Assembly (NCBI GenBank): GCA_965219685.1
Contig: CBDCOH010000002.1
Location: 64,001-128,000, forward strand
Source: Candidatus Spongiisociaceae bacterium
GTDB taxonomy: Bacteria; Actinomycetota; Acidimicrobiia; Spongiisociales; Spongiisociaceae
Direction of reading: 5' to 3'
DNA length: 64,000 bases
This document shows, one piece after another, positions 61,793-64,000 of the stretch. The notes below the pieces were generated by a model. The model was not told the origin of the DNA, did no database searches, and saw nothing but the letters and a program-made list of their open reading frames with translations. The first letter of the stretch is position 1. Every line of letters starts with the position of its first letter. Both the position numbers and the translations under genes were made by a program.

Positions 61793-63178
61793 TTGGTCGG
61801 ATCGCTAATCTACCGGCGTGTGTTAGGAACTTGGGGTCTACCTTCGTCCGATGACACCTCGGCTGCCGAGGTGTCCGGAGATGTTGTGTTCGACGACACC
61901 GGCTGGAAGCTAACTGTTCACGGTAGCCTTGAGAAACTGCCTGGTCCCTATGATCTACCCCCCAAGCAATCGGCCATTTGGGGAGAAACTGTAGACGGCC
62001 GCCGTGTAAGCCTGTTCGATGGGTATTGCGTTTCTCGTAATCGTTTCTCGATGACGGACAATAGACCTAAGGAAGAGTGGATTGGCTTGCATTATTCAGT
62101 AGGCCGTACCCATGTCACGCTAGACACGTTCGTGAAACGTCTTGAAATCAGGTTCGACGCACTAGGTGAGTGGGGGTGCTGGAGCTCATCGCGTCTCTAT
62201 AACTATGCCGAAGGCACGATTACTATTCCTGACCATACTGCCTATACAGTTCAACACAAAGGGGCGAGAGTGAGCCTCGTGTGTTCGTGGATGGTGACTG
62301 ATTCGATAGACTCCGCCACTGTAACACGAGAAACGTTCCTTACAGTAGAGGACGATATCCAGATCAGAGATCTCCAAGCTAAGTGGGTTTCTCCACTGCA
62401 AGGATTCTTGAGTTTTCTCATACTCGACTATGCTACGATCACAGAGACTACAGTACGGCTATCGGATCCTGACCAGTCACTCACCCTTCACCTTCATACA
62501 CCCAAGCCAATCACTCAGGATACAGGCCCTCAAGAACGTGTCCATATGCTTCTCACTCATGGGCAACTGGTCGCCTCCGGAATGAACCTAGACACAATAC
62601 TCGACAACTGGTTCCAGCTAACAGGTCCACATCGTACCGCGCTCAACCTCATACAGCTTCTATACACCAATCCCACACTTCATCCACCAGCGGCGCTTCT
62701 CATAGCGTTCATGGCGATCGAGGCCTACCACCAGGCAGAGTTCGACGCTTCGGCCTCGCCACAAGCCGAGTATGCAGACAAGATATGTCGTGTCCTTGAA
62801 ACAATCCCCGAAGAGTACCAACAATGGGTGAAGGAACGTTTGCTGTCGGGTAACCGTAAGGGCCAAAAACGGAAGTATCGTGAAGTAAGCGAGATCGCCG
62901 TATCCACCCGCGGAAGTATAGAGTCTTCTTGGCCAACATTCGAGACAACCGTCATAAAACAACGGCAGAAAGCAGCACATCCAGCCGAGACTGACCTGAA
63001 CGATGCGATCAGTTGTCAGGCCGCTCGTGTAGGGCTCTTATGGATACTTCGTCATGTCTATCTAGTTAGAATGGGACTATCTTCGGATGCCGCTGAGAGA
63101 TTAATCATCCAAAACCAGATCTTCCAACAAGATCTTGAACAATTGGCCGAATGGTACAAGCATCTTGATACCAGTTAA
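61793..63178 (+). CDS. ApeA-like HEPN protein
   Basis: G.W.LP...G, IWGET.DG..VSL N-terminal domain; AIEAYH; RQKAAH (RxxxxH). Confidence 0.75.
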   Translation: MVGSLIYRRVLGTWGLPSSDDTSAAEVSGDVVFDDTGWKLTVHGSLEKLPGPYDLPPKQSAIWGETVDGRRVSLFDGYCVSRNRFSMTDNRPKEEWIGLHYSVGRTHVTLDTFVKRLEIRFDALGEWGCWSSSRLYNYAEGTITIPDHTAYTVQHKGARVSLVCSWMVTDSIDSATVTRETFLTVEDDIQIRDLQAKWVSPLQGFLSFLILDYATITETTVRLSDPDQSLTLHLHTPKPITQDTGPQERVHMLLTHGQLVASGMNLDTILDNWFQLTGPHRTALNLIQLLYTNPTLHPPAALLIAFMAIEAYHQAEFDASASPQAEYADKICRVLETIPEEYQQWVKERLLSGNRKGQKRKYREVSEIAVSTRGSIESSWPTFETTVIKQRQKAAHPAETDLNDAISCQAARVGLLWILRHVYLVRMGLSSDAAERLIIQNQIFQQDLEQLAEWYKHLDTS

Positions 63179-63459
63179 CGAGTCCGCTTTGGGTGGATCG
63201 TTAAGGCGCAGTCCAAACGCTGGGAGGTTCACAACAGACTGTTAAGTTTCGCCAAAACGCTCCAGAGACCCTGCCCCACGTTCCAGCGAGGTGGCCCGAC
63301 CGCTCCTGCCTCTGGGTCCGCTGGCGACGTTACGTTTGCACACTTGCCCCCGCAGGCAGGCATACTTCGTGGCTGTGGCGGCCACTGCTCTGAGGGTCAC
63401 AGCGATTCCGCTTGCATCGTTCAGTTCATAGGGCCCTGCTGCGTGCTAGCTTCGCAGGC

Positions 63460-64000
63460 ATGAGCGACTTGGCGCAGATAGTCGAACGGGTGGCCCGCGA
63501 CACCATCTCTTCAATCTTGGATCCGCTAGGTATCGAGTACATTCACCCCAACGGCGAGTGGCGGATGATGCTGCGAGACGGACGGGTTGCCGATATCGAA
63601 GCGACCGTGCGCACCGATCAGTATGGAAACAGCTTCTGGTCTCAAGTACGTGACAGGCCTGGCCCCGAGTGGCCCGACGATCGCCTCACCCGTAAGTGGA
63701 CTGTGCGTGTCAAGGACCCTGAACCGGAAGCCAACAAGCGGCGACCCGTCCGGCAGCTGGTCGATGCGTTGATACCTGTACTCGCCGACACGGAAGCCAC
63801 TGGTACCACACCCGAACAAATGGTCGACATCGCCAACAGTCGCTTGGTCGACGTGTGGCGAGTTGTCAACGTACAGCGGGATTGGGTTAGGCATTGGGCC
63901 GCGGAGGCCCGGACAGGTATCACCTTCGAGGAGTGGGTGCCTCTTTGGGTGGAACAATCCGGATTCTGGAACCCGAAGCTTCTGATCGACCACTTCCACG
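63460..64000 (+). CDS. Hypothetical protein (3' truncated by window)
   Basis: ATG 63460 opens a frame with no stop to the end of the window (MSDLAQIVERVARD...DGRVADIEAT...). It is missing from the ORF track because it has no stop. Confidence 0.6.
   Translation, partial: MSDLAQIVERVARDTISSILDPLGIEYIHPNGEWRMMLRDGRVADIEATVRTDQYGNSFWSQVRDRPGPEWPDDRLTRKWTVRVKDPEPEANKRRPVRQLVDALIPVLADTEATGTTPEQMVDIANSRLVDVWRVVNVQRDWVRHWAAEARTGITFEEWVPLWVEQSGFWNPKLLIDHFH

Noticed and set aside
63526-63999. Minus-strand 157-aa ORF
   Set aside because: The opposite-strand frame from ATG 63460 is longer, open to the window end and more protein-like.

Overview
High-GC window, probably from an actinobacterium (Acidimicrobiia-like; this is inferred from gene content). 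It has three parts. (1) 1-1.4 kb: the 3' end of a Type III restriction (Res) gene whose C-terminus looks like an antitoxin tail, coupled to a VapC toxin gene. (2) 1.4-25.2 kb: catabolic and housekeeping genes (P450, amidohydrolase, SDR, Zn-ADH, M24 peptidase, TPP E1 alpha/beta, sugar-type ABC transporter, cupin, MscS, USP), with heptamer tandem repeats and CTAG-ended MITE-like elements at gene ends. (3) From a tRNA(CAT) at 25239 to the end: a large accessory/defence region. It holds a 5.0-kb tRNA-integrated island (integrase remnant, NYN, HTH-MTase-TRD, DUF3800-like gene plus a structured downstream RNA), an AbiE-like pair, and ISL3 copies, one carrying a group II intron that itself carries a 478-bp mini-element. 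It also holds an IS-flanked low-GC two-gene cassette, a Type I RM system whose HsdR is fused to a Schlafen/AlbA_2 domain, a TIR protein, AlpA and an ApeA-like HEPN protein. The best candidate for a new system is an operon of a 38-aa basic peptide, a hairpin, a CD-NTase, a stand-alone E2-like enzyme and a single-TM protein. It runs directly into hsdMSR-Schlafen and lies opposite a divergent HTH-IrrE regulator. All family calls come from motif recognition by eye; no searches were run.
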